Source: Desulfobacterales bacterium
Lineage (GTDB): Bacteria; Desulfobacterota; Desulfobacteria; Desulfobacterales; SURF-7
Length of the DNA stretch: 64,000 bases
Direction of reading: 5' to 3'
NCBI GenBank assembly: GCA_018693105.1
Contig: JABHLN010000001.1
Coordinates: 4,750 to 68,749 of the forward strand
The stretch's first letter is position 1. The number at the start of each line of letters is the position of its first letter. A program made the position numbers and the translations under genes. The notes under the pieces are model-generated. The model saw only the letters and a list, made by a program, of their open reading frames with translations. It did not search any database and was not told the DNA's origin. This document shows positions 18,436 to 27,330 of the stretch, in pieces.

Positions 18436-18572
18436 TTAGTTTTATTGGTTTAATTAGTTATATTGGTTTTATTGGTTTAGTTAGTATTATACGTTGAAAC
18501 GGCTATTGGTTTTGTTTTTAAGCAGTTAGACCACTATAACTAATAGAACCAATCAAACCAATAAACCGGTGT
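18436..18572. repeat. ATTGGTTT satellite arranged as an imperfect inverted repeat between gspG and gspH
   Basis: The left arm around 18439-18468 (GTTTTATTGGTTTAATTAGTTATATTGGTT) matches the reverse complement of the right arm around 18540-18569 at 25 of 30 positions (counted by hand). The spacer is about 70 nt. Confidence 0.6.
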
Positions 18573-18579
18573 TGTGCCC

Positions 18580-19032
18580 CTATTCCACATCCCAGTTACT
18601 GATATCCTTGTCAGCATCTTCGCCTCCTGAAAGGCCGTCAGCACCATATGAAGCAATATCAAAATCCCCATGACTGCCGGGAGAAAGATAAATATATTCA
18701 TTACCCCAGGGATCCATTGGAAGCCCTTTCTTCAAATAGCCTCCCTTCCTCCATTTTTTCGGTACCGGAGCTGTTGCCGGAGCTTCAATAAGTGCCTGAA
18801 GCCCCTGCTCGGTGCTGGGATATACACCATTATCAAGCCGATATAATTCCAAGGTGGTTTCAAGACTTCCGATATCTGTTTTCGCCCTTGTAATCTTTGC
18901 ATCATCCGTTCTTCCGATTAATTTTGGCGCAACAGAAAGAGCCAGTATTCCGAGTATTACAATGACAACCATTATTTCAATTAGTGTAAATCCACTGTCC
19001 CAAACTTTTCCTGAACAAATATTTCTTCCCAT
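18580..19032 (-). CDS. gspG: Type II secretion major pseudopilin GspG
   Basis: 150 aa with prepilin motif SG/FTLIEIMVVIVILGILA and the conserved GspG body (DPWGNEYIYLSPG...GADG). Confidence 0.9.
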   Translation of the reverse strand: MGRNICSGKVWDSGFTLIEIMVVIVILGILALSVAPKLIGRTDDAKITRAKTDIGSLETTLELYRLDNGVYPSTEQGLQALIEAPATAPVPKKWRKGGYLKKGLPMDPWGNEYIYLSPGSHGDFDIASYGADGLSGGEDADKDISNWDVE

Positions 19033-19510
19033 TATTGCTCCATGCTCGGATATATATCTTTGTTTAATTTTGATGTTTTTGTAAAAAAAATAACTGATGG
19101 CTAAATGTTTCCATTATGGAGGAATTTGCAATACCGTCAGTTTAACATGGTCGGTTAACTATTACTTATAATATAAGAATTGTATGATCAAGCGTAAAAA
19201 AATAAATGAGAAAAATCAGCATTTTAACAATATACGCAAAAACCTGTCGATTTTGGCTATATTTTCCCCTTTTCGCATAAATACAAATTATTATAATTTG
19301 TTATGAAATAAAACCATATAGTTTTAAATCGCATCAATCATCAACATGAAAATAATGGAGCGGCAGGTATCATGATCGGCGAGCCTCAACCCTGATATTG
19401 AAACATCCGGGGGGGGGTAATGTAAGATCAGTTGGTATATTGGAGTTCAGGGGGGCTTTGTTAAAGATATTTTTTATCAAAACGCCCCTGAATGGGTGCT
19501 CAATAGACAC

Positions 19511-19939
19511 CTATTTCGTTCCGACAATCGTCACCTCAATATTTCTGGACCGGGGACGGTTGTCATGGTTTATTGCAACAACCTGCTGCCACGTGCCAAG
19601 CTTTAGTGATCCGTTTCTTACAGGAATGCATATCGAGGGTCCGAGCATTGCTGCCTGTACATGGCTGTGACCGTTTCCGTCATTCCAGGCTTTTTCATGT
19701 TCATAATCCAGCCCTGGCTCTGCAAGCATTGTTATAGCTCTTTTTAAATCCTCAATAACACCTGGTTCATATTCAATAGTAGTCAATGATCCTGTAGATC
19801 CGACTATCGTCGCAGCAAGATTTCCTTTGGTAATTGGGGATTTTTCAACCAGACAATCAAGTTCGGCCGTAATATCACAAATATCCGGTCCTATATCCAA
19901 ATCAATTGTAATTGCCTCAGTATATAATAAAACAGACAT
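19511..19939 (-). CDS. yjbQ: YjbQ/UPF0047 family (secondary thiamine-phosphate synthase) protein
   Basis: 142 aa with characteristic motifs GNGHSHVQAAMLGPS and GTWQQV. Confidence 0.8.
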   Translation of the reverse strand: MSVLLYTEAITIDLDIGPDICDITAELDCLVEKSPITKGNLAATIVGSTGSLTTIEYEPGVIEDLKRAITMLAEPGLDYEHEKAWNDGNGHSHVQAAMLGPSICIPVRNGSLKLGTWQQVVAINHDNRPRSRNIEVTIVGTK

Positions 19940-19987
19940 GAGATCCTTCTTAAATACCTTCGCATAAAATTCGTTTTTACAGATCCC

Positions 19988-21967
19988 TTAACGCAACCCT
20001 ACATCCCAGTTCCATTTTCCGGGTCGTTGTTTTAATTGAACACCTTTAGGCAAATGTTCTTCCATATGGACAAAAAGTGAGTAACCGGCTTTCATCAATA
20101 CTTCTCTTTGTTTTTTTATATCCAGTATCCAATTGGGATATACCCAGTAGTCGGAAAAGTATTTTTTTACCCATCCCTTTTCTCCACGAGGGCTCGTGAA
20201 TGCTTTTGAAGTTTTTATGTCTTCGGAAACAGTTCTGGATATGCAAAATGGCCAGTTACCGGAAATAACTATACCTAAAGGCAAAGGAGAATGCTTCGGT
20301 AGTTTATAATAGTCCTCACTTCCTAATTCGGGGCTTACAATAACACCGGAAAACCCTGCATCTGACATTGCTTTAATTGAAAGAGGATTTGCTATATTAC
20401 AGAAAGGCCCTGCCCAGAGATTAAAACCTTTAGTCTTAGGGAAAAATGCCGTTTGCCAGGGGGCATTAAGTACAAAATTTCGCCCTCCTCTTTTTATAAA
20501 ACTACCTATAGACTCCCTGAGTTTTTGTTCATCATCAGGCCACACTACCGGAGGTAGCCACCACCAGTTTCCTCTTATAGTGTTTTTCTTTGGCAAATGT
20601 TCCGAATCCGAAGCTGACATCCAGAGTCCAGGGATCTGTCCTGCCTTTCCCCTGCCTGCTTTCCGTCTAACCACCATTTCAACAGGTTTAGCAGGTTTTC
20701 TGCCTTTTTTTGGAAGCCTCACGGTAAAATCCGAAGGCTTAACTAAAATCGGGTCTCTCCTTGCAAGCTCTTTTTCAAGTCCTCTTATAAGGTCAGACAA
20801 CCCCTTTTCTCTTCTGTCTATAAGAAAAACAGGGGTTCCGTTTAAAGGAATATTTTTTGATGGGACCTTCAGATATAAACGGCCCTTTTTGGGTACAGAT
20901 TTTGTCACCTTAGAGATTGAATGTCCTAAGCTATCTTCATAACCAATCCTTAGAAGATCACCGGCCAGAAGATTTTCCCTTGGAATAATAAATGTTTTCT
21001 GCTTTCCCCCTTTTATAGTTCCCACAAGCATACCTGAACCTGTATGAGTTTTAACACTTACAGGCGGCTGTGGTCTCTGGGGTAAAAAATTATAATGTGT
21101 GCCGTGCCGCCCAAGGGCCTGTTCAAGATAAGAAAGAGCCCTTCTTTTCATCTCAGGTTCATTACCGTGGTCTCTCAATAACTTATACGCCGAAACCGTA
21201 TAATAAACGTAATGCGGCCCTTTTTTCCGTCCCTCGATTTTCCAGGTGGATATTTCAGGTATTGTTAAAAGAACCTTTGCCAGAACATCCACACTCAGAT
21301 CCTGACATGAAAAAAACCTTTCACTCTGATTCTTCTGTGAATAAACTCTTCGGCATGGTTGGACACAACGCCCCCTTAGTCCGCTCTTTCCCCCAAGATA
21401 ACTGCTCCAGTAACACCTTCCTGAAACACCGTAGCAAAGAGCGCCGTGCAAAAAAATCTCCAGGCTGGCATCTTCAGGGCATGCAGCAGACATGGCCTTA
21501 ATTTCATCAATATTAAGCTCTCTTGGTATAACCACCTTCTTTACACCATGGTCCTTAACTGCTTTCTTTACCCCTTCGGGAAAACTGACATTGGCCAGGG
21601 TGGACAAATGGATCTCACCGGCAAAACCGGTTTGTCTTGCAAGGGCAGCAAATGCCAGATCCTGTATAATAATTGCATCAGGTTTCACTTGACTATTAAG
21701 CTGGTCAAGAAGTTTTCCGCACATTTCAAGTTCACCGGGTTTTACAAGAGAATTCAAGGTTATATAAACCTTTGTCCCTTTCCCATGGGCAAGCCCCACA
21801 AGAGACGCAAGTTCTTCCATGGTAAAATTATCAGCTTCCATGCGGGCTGAAAAGCTCTTTAACCCGCAGTAAACAGCATCTGCCCCTGCAGCCAGAGCGG
21901 CAAGAAAAGAAACCTTGCTCCCTGCAGGAGCCAAAATGAGTGGATGTGGTTTTGTATTATTCTGCAT
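19988..21967 (-). CDS. Long U32-family protein (peptidase U32 / Fe-S hydroxylase family)
   Basis: 659 aa. The N-terminal U32 domain carries the cysteine pattern C-x6-C-x15-C-x3-C (CYGVSGRC...RGRCVQPC), followed by a long C-terminal extension. Confidence 0.75.
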   Translation of the reverse strand: MQNNTKPHPLILAPAGSKVSFLAALAAGADAVYCGLKSFSARMEADNFTMEELASLVGLAHGKGTKVYITLNSLVKPGELEMCGKLLDQLNSQVKPDAIIIQDLAFAALARQTGFAGEIHLSTLANVSFPEGVKKAVKDHGVKKVVIPRELNIDEIKAMSAACPEDASLEIFLHGALCYGVSGRCYWSSYLGGKSGLRGRCVQPCRRVYSQKNQSERFFSCQDLSVDVLAKVLLTIPEISTWKIEGRKKGPHYVYYTVSAYKLLRDHGNEPEMKRRALSYLEQALGRHGTHYNFLPQRPQPPVSVKTHTGSGMLVGTIKGGKQKTFIIPRENLLAGDLLRIGYEDSLGHSISKVTKSVPKKGRLYLKVPSKNIPLNGTPVFLIDRREKGLSDLIRGLEKELARRDPILVKPSDFTVRLPKKGRKPAKPVEMVVRRKAGRGKAGQIPGLWMSASDSEHLPKKNTIRGNWWWLPPVVWPDDEQKLRESIGSFIKRGGRNFVLNAPWQTAFFPKTKGFNLWAGPFCNIANPLSIKAMSDAGFSGVIVSPELGSEDYYKLPKHSPLPLGIVISGNWPFCISRTVSEDIKTSKAFTSPRGEKGWVKKYFSDYWVYPNWILDIKKQREVLMKAGYSLFVHMEEHLPKGVQLKQRPGKWNWDVGLR

Positions 21968-22165
21968 TATTTTTCACAACCCGATAATTCTTTCAAAAGA
22001 TAACTCATTAAAATTTAATATATGAATCATGTAAATATTTATCAAAAACATATACTTCTTTCAAGATTCAAGAATAAAATAAACCATTTATTATATTCTT
22101 GCCCGTGATATGTTCTGATGGTATATATCTTATTCATAAATAAAAGCAATGGAAGGATAAATAAT

Positions 22166-22921
22166 ATGAAAATAGCTGTAAGCGGAAAAGGCGGAGTCGG
22201 AAAAACAACATTCTCAGCCCTTATGATAAAAACATTTAACTCACTTGGAAAACATGTTCTTGCAATAGATGCAGATCCTGATGCAAACCTTGCCGGAGCT
22301 TTAGGCATATCCGATTCCGATAAAATCGTTCCTATTGCAGAAATGAAAGAACTTGTATACGAAAGAACAGGAGCAAAGCCCGGTACTGTAGGTGGCTTTT
22401 TCAGTCTCAATCCTAAAGTTGACGACCTTCCTGAGGCATTATCCGCCAAAGTTGACAATATAAAACTTATGCGTCTTGGAGGAGTCAAAAAAGGTGGATC
22501 AGGGTGCCTGTGTCCTGAAAGTACATTACTCAAGGCACTTGTTATGCATGTTGTGCTGGCAAGAAATGAGGTTGTTGTACTGGATATGGAGGCGGGAATT
22601 GAACACCTTGGAAGAGCCACCGCAATGGGTGTTGACAAACTAATTGTGGTTGTTGAACCTGGCCGCCGCAGTATAGAGACCGCCAAGAACATCATGAAGC
22701 TGGCATCAGAAATCAAACTTGACAAGATAGCTGTTGTTGGAAACAAAATTCGCACCCAAAAGGATGAGGATTTTCTGAAGCAAAATCTACCGGGTTTTGA
22801 AATACTCGGTTTTATGCCATATGATGAAGAGCTGATAGAGGCTGATCTGGACGGGATTTCCCCCTATGATGTTGATTCTAAAGCCAAAGCTAAAGTAGCT
22901 GAAATGATTGCCGGATTATAA
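22166..22921 (+). CDS. CooC/AcsF-type nickel-insertion ATPase (MinD/ParA superfamily)
   Basis: Deviant Walker A KIAVSGKGGVGKTT and a C-x-C metal motif (GSGCLCPE). I prefer the start at 22166, which has GGAAGGA 8 nt upstream. The ORF track begins at 22118. Confidence 0.75.
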   Translation: MKIAVSGKGGVGKTTFSALMIKTFNSLGKHVLAIDADPDANLAGALGISDSDKIVPIAEMKELVYERTGAKPGTVGGFFSLNPKVDDLPEALSAKVDNIKLMRLGGVKKGGSGCLCPESTLLKALVMHVVLARNEVVVLDMEAGIEHLGRATAMGVDKLIVVVEPGRRSIETAKNIMKLASEIKLDKIAVVGNKIRTQKDEDFLKQNLPGFEILGFMPYDEELIEADLDGISPYDVDSKAKAKVAEMIAGL

Positions 22922-22927
22922 ACAATA

Positions 22928-25045
22928 ATGCAGAAAAAGTATTACAAAAAAAGATCCGCAAGGCATCCTAAAAGAAAGATAATACAGGGTAAAATTAGAC
23001 CAGGTTCAGACCCACTATTAAAAAAGATTTTTCAGTCTATAGGCGTTCCTGAAGAAAAACCGTTCAAACCGGACCCTTTTCAGCTTGAAGCCATCGACGC
23101 TATTGAACGTTCAGACTGTCTTGTTACAGCTCCTACCGGTGCCGGAAAAACATGGATAGCAGAAAAGGCTGTATCACGAATTCTTAGCAAAGAGGGCAAA
23201 GCATGGTATGCAACTCCTTTAAAAGCGCTTACCAACGGTATATATTCACATTTCTGCGAAGTTTTCGGTGCAGGTTATGTGGGTATCCTTACAGGTGACA
23301 GGAAAGAAAATACCGAAGCCCCTGTTATTATAGGAACAACTGAAATTCTGCGAAATCATCTTTATGACGCAATGGAAAAAGGTGAGGATCTTGATGCAGA
23401 CCTCGTGATACTTGACGAAGCCCATTTTCTGGGAGATGAGTCAAGAGGCGTCGTGTGGGAAGAGATAATGATATACCTTCCGGCAAGGATACCGCTTCTT
23501 ATGCTTTCGGCAACCATAGGAAACGCAAACCAGATTGCCGGCTGGCTTGAATCAATACGATCAAAAAAATGCCTTATTGTAAATGAAGAAGATAGACCTG
23601 TTCCACTGCATCACCTTTTTTTCCATCCTAGCGGCACGCTTTTACCCCTTGTCAAAAATAGGGAGCAGAATAAGAAAGCCGTCCTGGATAAGAAAGTATT
23701 ATCATATATTCAGAGTGATAATCCGCCGCTACTATCACCACCTCAAAAACTCCCCCCTATGGGAGACATTATCCGTGTCCTGAGAAAGTTCAAACTTCTG
23801 CCTGCAATCTTTTTTTTAAAATCCCGTATGGATTGTAATAATGCCCTTGAACTATGTACAGGTGAAGGGCTTGCCAATGATCCTGAAAGAAAAGCAAAAC
23901 TGAGTAAAAGAATCGAGGAACTCCACAGCCAAAGCTCCCATCTTTCGGGCCACAAGCAGCTTTGGCATCTTGAACATCTTGCTGTAGGTTCACATCACAG
24001 CGGGCAGCTGCCATCATGGAAGATTGTTGTGGAAACCCTAATGTCCGAGGGTCTTCTTGATGCAGTCTTTGCCACTTCTACTGTTGCCGCAGGGGTGAAC
24101 TTTCCGGCAAGGACGGTTGTAATATTAAACTCGGATCGTTACAACGGGACTGAATTCCTTTCATTAAATCCCACTGAGTTCCACCAGATGACAGGGCGGT
24201 GTGGAAGGAGAGGAAAGGATAAAGTAGGCTTTTCAGTCGTACTCCCTGGCAGGTTCATGGACTTAAGGCTTGTCTCAAAACTTATTGAAGCTCCTCCTTC
24301 ACATATTCACAGCCAGATCAGGATTAATTTTTCCATGGTCCTGAACCTTCTTCTTTCTCATACACCGGGGCAGATAGCTGAAATGCTGGAAAAATCTTTC
24401 GCTACATATCTTATTTCAAAGAAAAGTAATAAAAAGAAAACCTTAAATTTCTTTGATGAAAGCAATAGTTACCTGTGGAGAGATTTCCTCCAGCATCTAA
24501 ATTTTCTTAAAGACAATAACTATGCATCTGAAGACGATATTTTGACCGACGACGGAGTCTGGGCGTCAAAGTTGAGAATCGACCAGCCGCTGATAGTAGC
24601 CGAAGGGTTCAGGCTTGGTCTTTTCCCTGAATCCGACCCCGCTCTTCTTGCCGGAATAATAGCTTCTTTCGTAAATGAAAAGGACTCTAAAGACGAAAAA
24701 CTGAACTATGAGCATATTCCCAAAGAACTTGTTTCGGTTTTTCTTAATATCAAAAAAAGACTTCGGCCGTTTACAAAGAGTATGAGTTCAAAAGGTTTTG
24801 GATTTAAATCATTATACCTAAGACCTGCAGTTACCATACATGCATGGGCATCAGGTATGCCCTGGGAAAAAGTACTTTCAATGTCCGAAATAGCCGAAGG
24901 TGATCTCGCCAGGCTGATCCTGAGGACATCGGACAACCTCATGCATATCCGGAACCTATCGGATGTATTTCCTGAAGCTGCTCGCAACGCAGGATATGCA
25001 ATCGAACTGATAAAAAGAGAACCTGTAATTACCCTGTTCGAATAG
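22928..25045 (+). CDS. Ski2/HelY-like DEAH-box superfamily 2 helicase
   Basis: 705 aa. Motif I TAPTGAGKT, motif II LDEAHFL, SAT, and motif VI QMTGRCGRRG, plus a C-terminal DSHCT-like region. Confidence 0.8.
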   Translation: MQKKYYKKRSARHPKRKIIQGKIRPGSDPLLKKIFQSIGVPEEKPFKPDPFQLEAIDAIERSDCLVTAPTGAGKTWIAEKAVSRILSKEGKAWYATPLKALTNGIYSHFCEVFGAGYVGILTGDRKENTEAPVIIGTTEILRNHLYDAMEKGEDLDADLVILDEAHFLGDESRGVVWEEIMIYLPARIPLLMLSATIGNANQIAGWLESIRSKKCLIVNEEDRPVPLHHLFFHPSGTLLPLVKNREQNKKAVLDKKVLSYIQSDNPPLLSPPQKLPPMGDIIRVLRKFKLLPAIFFLKSRMDCNNALELCTGEGLANDPERKAKLSKRIEELHSQSSHLSGHKQLWHLEHLAVGSHHSGQLPSWKIVVETLMSEGLLDAVFATSTVAAGVNFPARTVVILNSDRYNGTEFLSLNPTEFHQMTGRCGRRGKDKVGFSVVLPGRFMDLRLVSKLIEAPPSHIHSQIRINFSMVLNLLLSHTPGQIAEMLEKSFATYLISKKSNKKKTLNFFDESNSYLWRDFLQHLNFLKDNNYASEDDILTDDGVWASKLRIDQPLIVAEGFRLGLFPESDPALLAGIIASFVNEKDSKDEKLNYEHIPKELVSVFLNIKKRLRPFTKSMSSKGFGFKSLYLRPAVTIHAWASGMPWEKVLSMSEIAEGDLARLILRTSDNLMHIRNLSDVFPEAARNAGYAIELIKREPVITLFE

Positions 25046-25046
25046 T

Positions 25047-25126
25047 GATGGTGTTGTAAAAAGTCTCCATCTATTGTGTTATAAAGTTTGCCCAGACGTT
25101 CTATTTGCTACATGTATGCCTTCACG
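25047..25126 (+). repeat. Truncated family A element (5' half only)
   Basis: GATGGTGTTGTAAAAAGTCTCCATCTATTGTGTTATA ... CTACATGTATGCCTTCAC, after which similarity stops. It begins 1 nt after the helicase stop and contains the stop codon (25122-25124) of the convergent gene. Confidence 0.65.
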
Positions 25127-26093
25127 CTCTGCAATTAATACTTTCAATTGCCTCTCCGGCTGCTTCTTTAACCATCACACTGTATTCACCTGATATAATC
25201 TTTTCCAGTTCAGATATATTACTATAGTTGCCGGATTCTCCTATCAGGTAAAGAATATCTCCTTTCACCTGATCATCCATTTCAGGAAACTTTTCCAATA
25301 AAGGATTAATGGTTCCGGCAGCAAGGGTCTTGTCTTTCTCTATTACCTCTTCCATTACAACCATAGCGCCAAGTCTGACAGGCCACTTTTCATGCATAAG
25401 AAGTTCATAAAACGATTGAAAGATAGATCTGCTTTTTAGCATCATTTCAGCAACAAGCGAAGCATTCCCGTCTTTAATAATCCCTTCCAGTGAGGAGGCT
25501 CCAAGTTGTGAAGGATCACGATCATTCATTGCATCTACAAGTTCATGAACCGGAACCGATCCTGTCCATCGGAAATCATCATCAAGAAGTAGTGTGGGTG
25601 CTGACATGATCCTGAATGTTTCCGTCTCTTTCGGAAAAAGAGTTCCATCTATTATGGAAATATGCATGTACCCGCATTCAATTACCAGGGGTATAATCTG
25701 TTGTACTACAACAGGACAGTGCGGACAGTATTGGGCAATAAATAACTTGCAACGGGCTGGTACATCAACACTTCTTAATTTTTCCAAAACCGAATCAGGT
25801 AATTTCACAACCCCTGATGCAACCTGTTTCAGGGCATCAAGGAAAATATCAATTTCAGTACCCACCGGAATCGCATGGAATCTTATTCTCTCATGAATTT
25901 GAATTGCAGAAGGTTGATCATCGTCACTTTTCTTTATTGTAACATCAATCTTCGGTACAAGGCTTGCCAGTTTCTCACCAAAAGCTTTAAACTCAACCTT
26001 TAAACCATCATCGCCCATGTAAATATTGATTTTTAAATTCTTTTCCAGGGATTTTCCAAACTGAATAAACTTCTTTTCTTCCTTTTGTTGCAT
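25122..26093 (-). CDS. Thioredoxin-fold (CPHC) protein with C-terminal HEAT-like repeats
   Basis: 323 aa. Has a C-x-x-C motif (YCPHCP) in a glutaredoxin/thioredoxin-like context and a helical repeat C-terminus. Last gene of the mqn-containing same-strand block. Confidence 0.5.
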   Translation of the reverse strand: MQQKEEKKFIQFGKSLEKNLKINIYMGDDGLKVEFKAFGEKLASLVPKIDVTIKKSDDDQPSAIQIHERIRFHAIPVGTEIDIFLDALKQVASGVVKLPDSVLEKLRSVDVPARCKLFIAQYCPHCPVVVQQIIPLVIECGYMHISIIDGTLFPKETETFRIMSAPTLLLDDDFRWTGSVPVHELVDAMNDRDPSQLGASSLEGIIKDGNASLVAEMMLKSRSIFQSFYELLMHEKWPVRLGAMVVMEEVIEKDKTLAAGTINPLLEKFPEMDDQVKGDILYLIGESGNYSNISELEKIISGEYSVMVKEAAGEAIESINCRA

Positions 26094-26131
26094 ATTATTT
26101 CTTTATCTCAAATATTGGCTCAAAGACCAAA

Positions 26132-27250
26132 TCACCAGACTTTTTTCTCACGATACAATTTATTCATCTCCATAAGATTTTCTGCCGGGACTTCATCCCT
26201 GACCTTCTTCATGGTAATGGCATCTTCAGGGCAATGTGTTGAGCATAGTCCGCACCCCACACACCGGGAGTTCTGGATAATCATCCTGGTATCCGATCCG
26301 TCTGCTTCGAAGCCCGGAAGTTTTGTTATGGCATCAAGCTGACAGATTTTTTCACATTTCTTACAAAGATTGCACTTTTCATCATCCATCTCCGGCTCGA
26401 AATTTGACCTTACAAATGAGCGGGGATTATGAAGCTCTACAAGCCCTTTCATAGCCTTACAGCAGCAGGTACAGCAATTACAGATTACTGCCGCACCATC
26501 CTGCACATTTGCCGTAAGATGCATGAGCCCGTCTTCCTCACACTCTTTCAGTCTCTGTAAAGCCTCCTCCTTTGTCCATTTTCGTGCGCCACGGTACTTT
26601 ATAAGGTAGTCTGCCCATGCGCCAAAAACAAAATCAGCATCAACAAGATGATTGCATTTTCTTGATACCACCCTGCATGTGCATGGAATAACCGTTATAA
26701 CATCTGCATTATTAATGATATTGTGGACCTCTTCATACGGGAGAATACTTGAAGATGATTCAACGGTTTGGTTAACAGGGATAACCCTGAACTGTGAATA
26801 GTCTGAAGAAGCCATTTCATTCCAGAACCCTTCAGCGGCATATTTCCCAAACAGCCTGGCTAGCTTTCTGCTTTCATCGTTATCAATACCATCTGCAAAA
26901 GTAGACTCCATAGCGCCGGGAAGCAGGGTCCAGAGAGCGTAATATTTTTTCCCGTCCTTTCTGCTGGTCGTGACCAGAACCCGCCCTTCCCTTGCCATAC
27001 ATTCAACATTTTTTTCAACTTCAGCTGTATCACGCCCCATTTGTTCAGCAAGATCCTTCACAGTAATTCTTCCGGAACTTGAGATAGGAAGCGCCATGGC
27101 ATATTCAACCTGTTCAGGAGTATACATCATTGACAGCATCTCCATAAGCTCTTTTGTTTTGCGAAGTTTTGTCATGGATACTTCATTAATATGCTGTCTG
27201 AGTTCTTCGTATATGTCACTTCCTGCTGATTTAACATCTTTACTTTTCAT
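26132..27250 (-). CDS. Cys-rich Fe-S protein (4Fe-4S dicluster domain at C-terminus, winged-helix-like N-terminus)
   Basis: 372 aa. Cysteine clusters CNCCTCCC, CNLCKKCEKIC and CVGCGLCSTHCP. Confidence 0.6.
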   Translation of the reverse strand: MKSKDVKSAGSDIYEELRQHINEVSMTKLRKTKELMEMLSMMYTPEQVEYAMALPISSSGRITVKDLAEQMGRDTAEVEKNVECMAREGRVLVTTSRKDGKKYYALWTLLPGAMESTFADGIDNDESRKLARLFGKYAAEGFWNEMASSDYSQFRVIPVNQTVESSSSILPYEEVHNIINNADVITVIPCTCRVVSRKCNHLVDADFVFGAWADYLIKYRGARKWTKEEALQRLKECEEDGLMHLTANVQDGAAVICNCCTCCCKAMKGLVELHNPRSFVRSNFEPEMDDEKCNLCKKCEKICQLDAITKLPGFEADGSDTRMIIQNSRCVGCGLCSTHCPEDAITMKKVRDEVPAENLMEMNKLYREKKVW

Positions 27251-27330
27251 CCCCCCCCCTTATACCCGGACATACCGGTAAAGTTATAACAAGTTCTCTG
27301 TTTTTTTTTATTTTAACCACTAGCTGATGG

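Noticed and set aside
19033-19510. Large intergenic region upstream of gspG, examined for a sigma-54 promoter, an sRNA or a yjbQ terminator
   Set aside because: I found no GG-N10-GC element with correct spacing and no convincing hairpin plus U-run. Only weak sigma-70-like hexamers and a short family A trace (19093-19113) are present. The homopolymer G-runs in this region are reported separately.
22042-22755. 237-aa minus-strand ORF
   Set aside because: It is antisense to the CooC-like gene, which has clear P-loop and C-x-C motifs. The translation is Ser/Thr/Pro-rich with no domain features.
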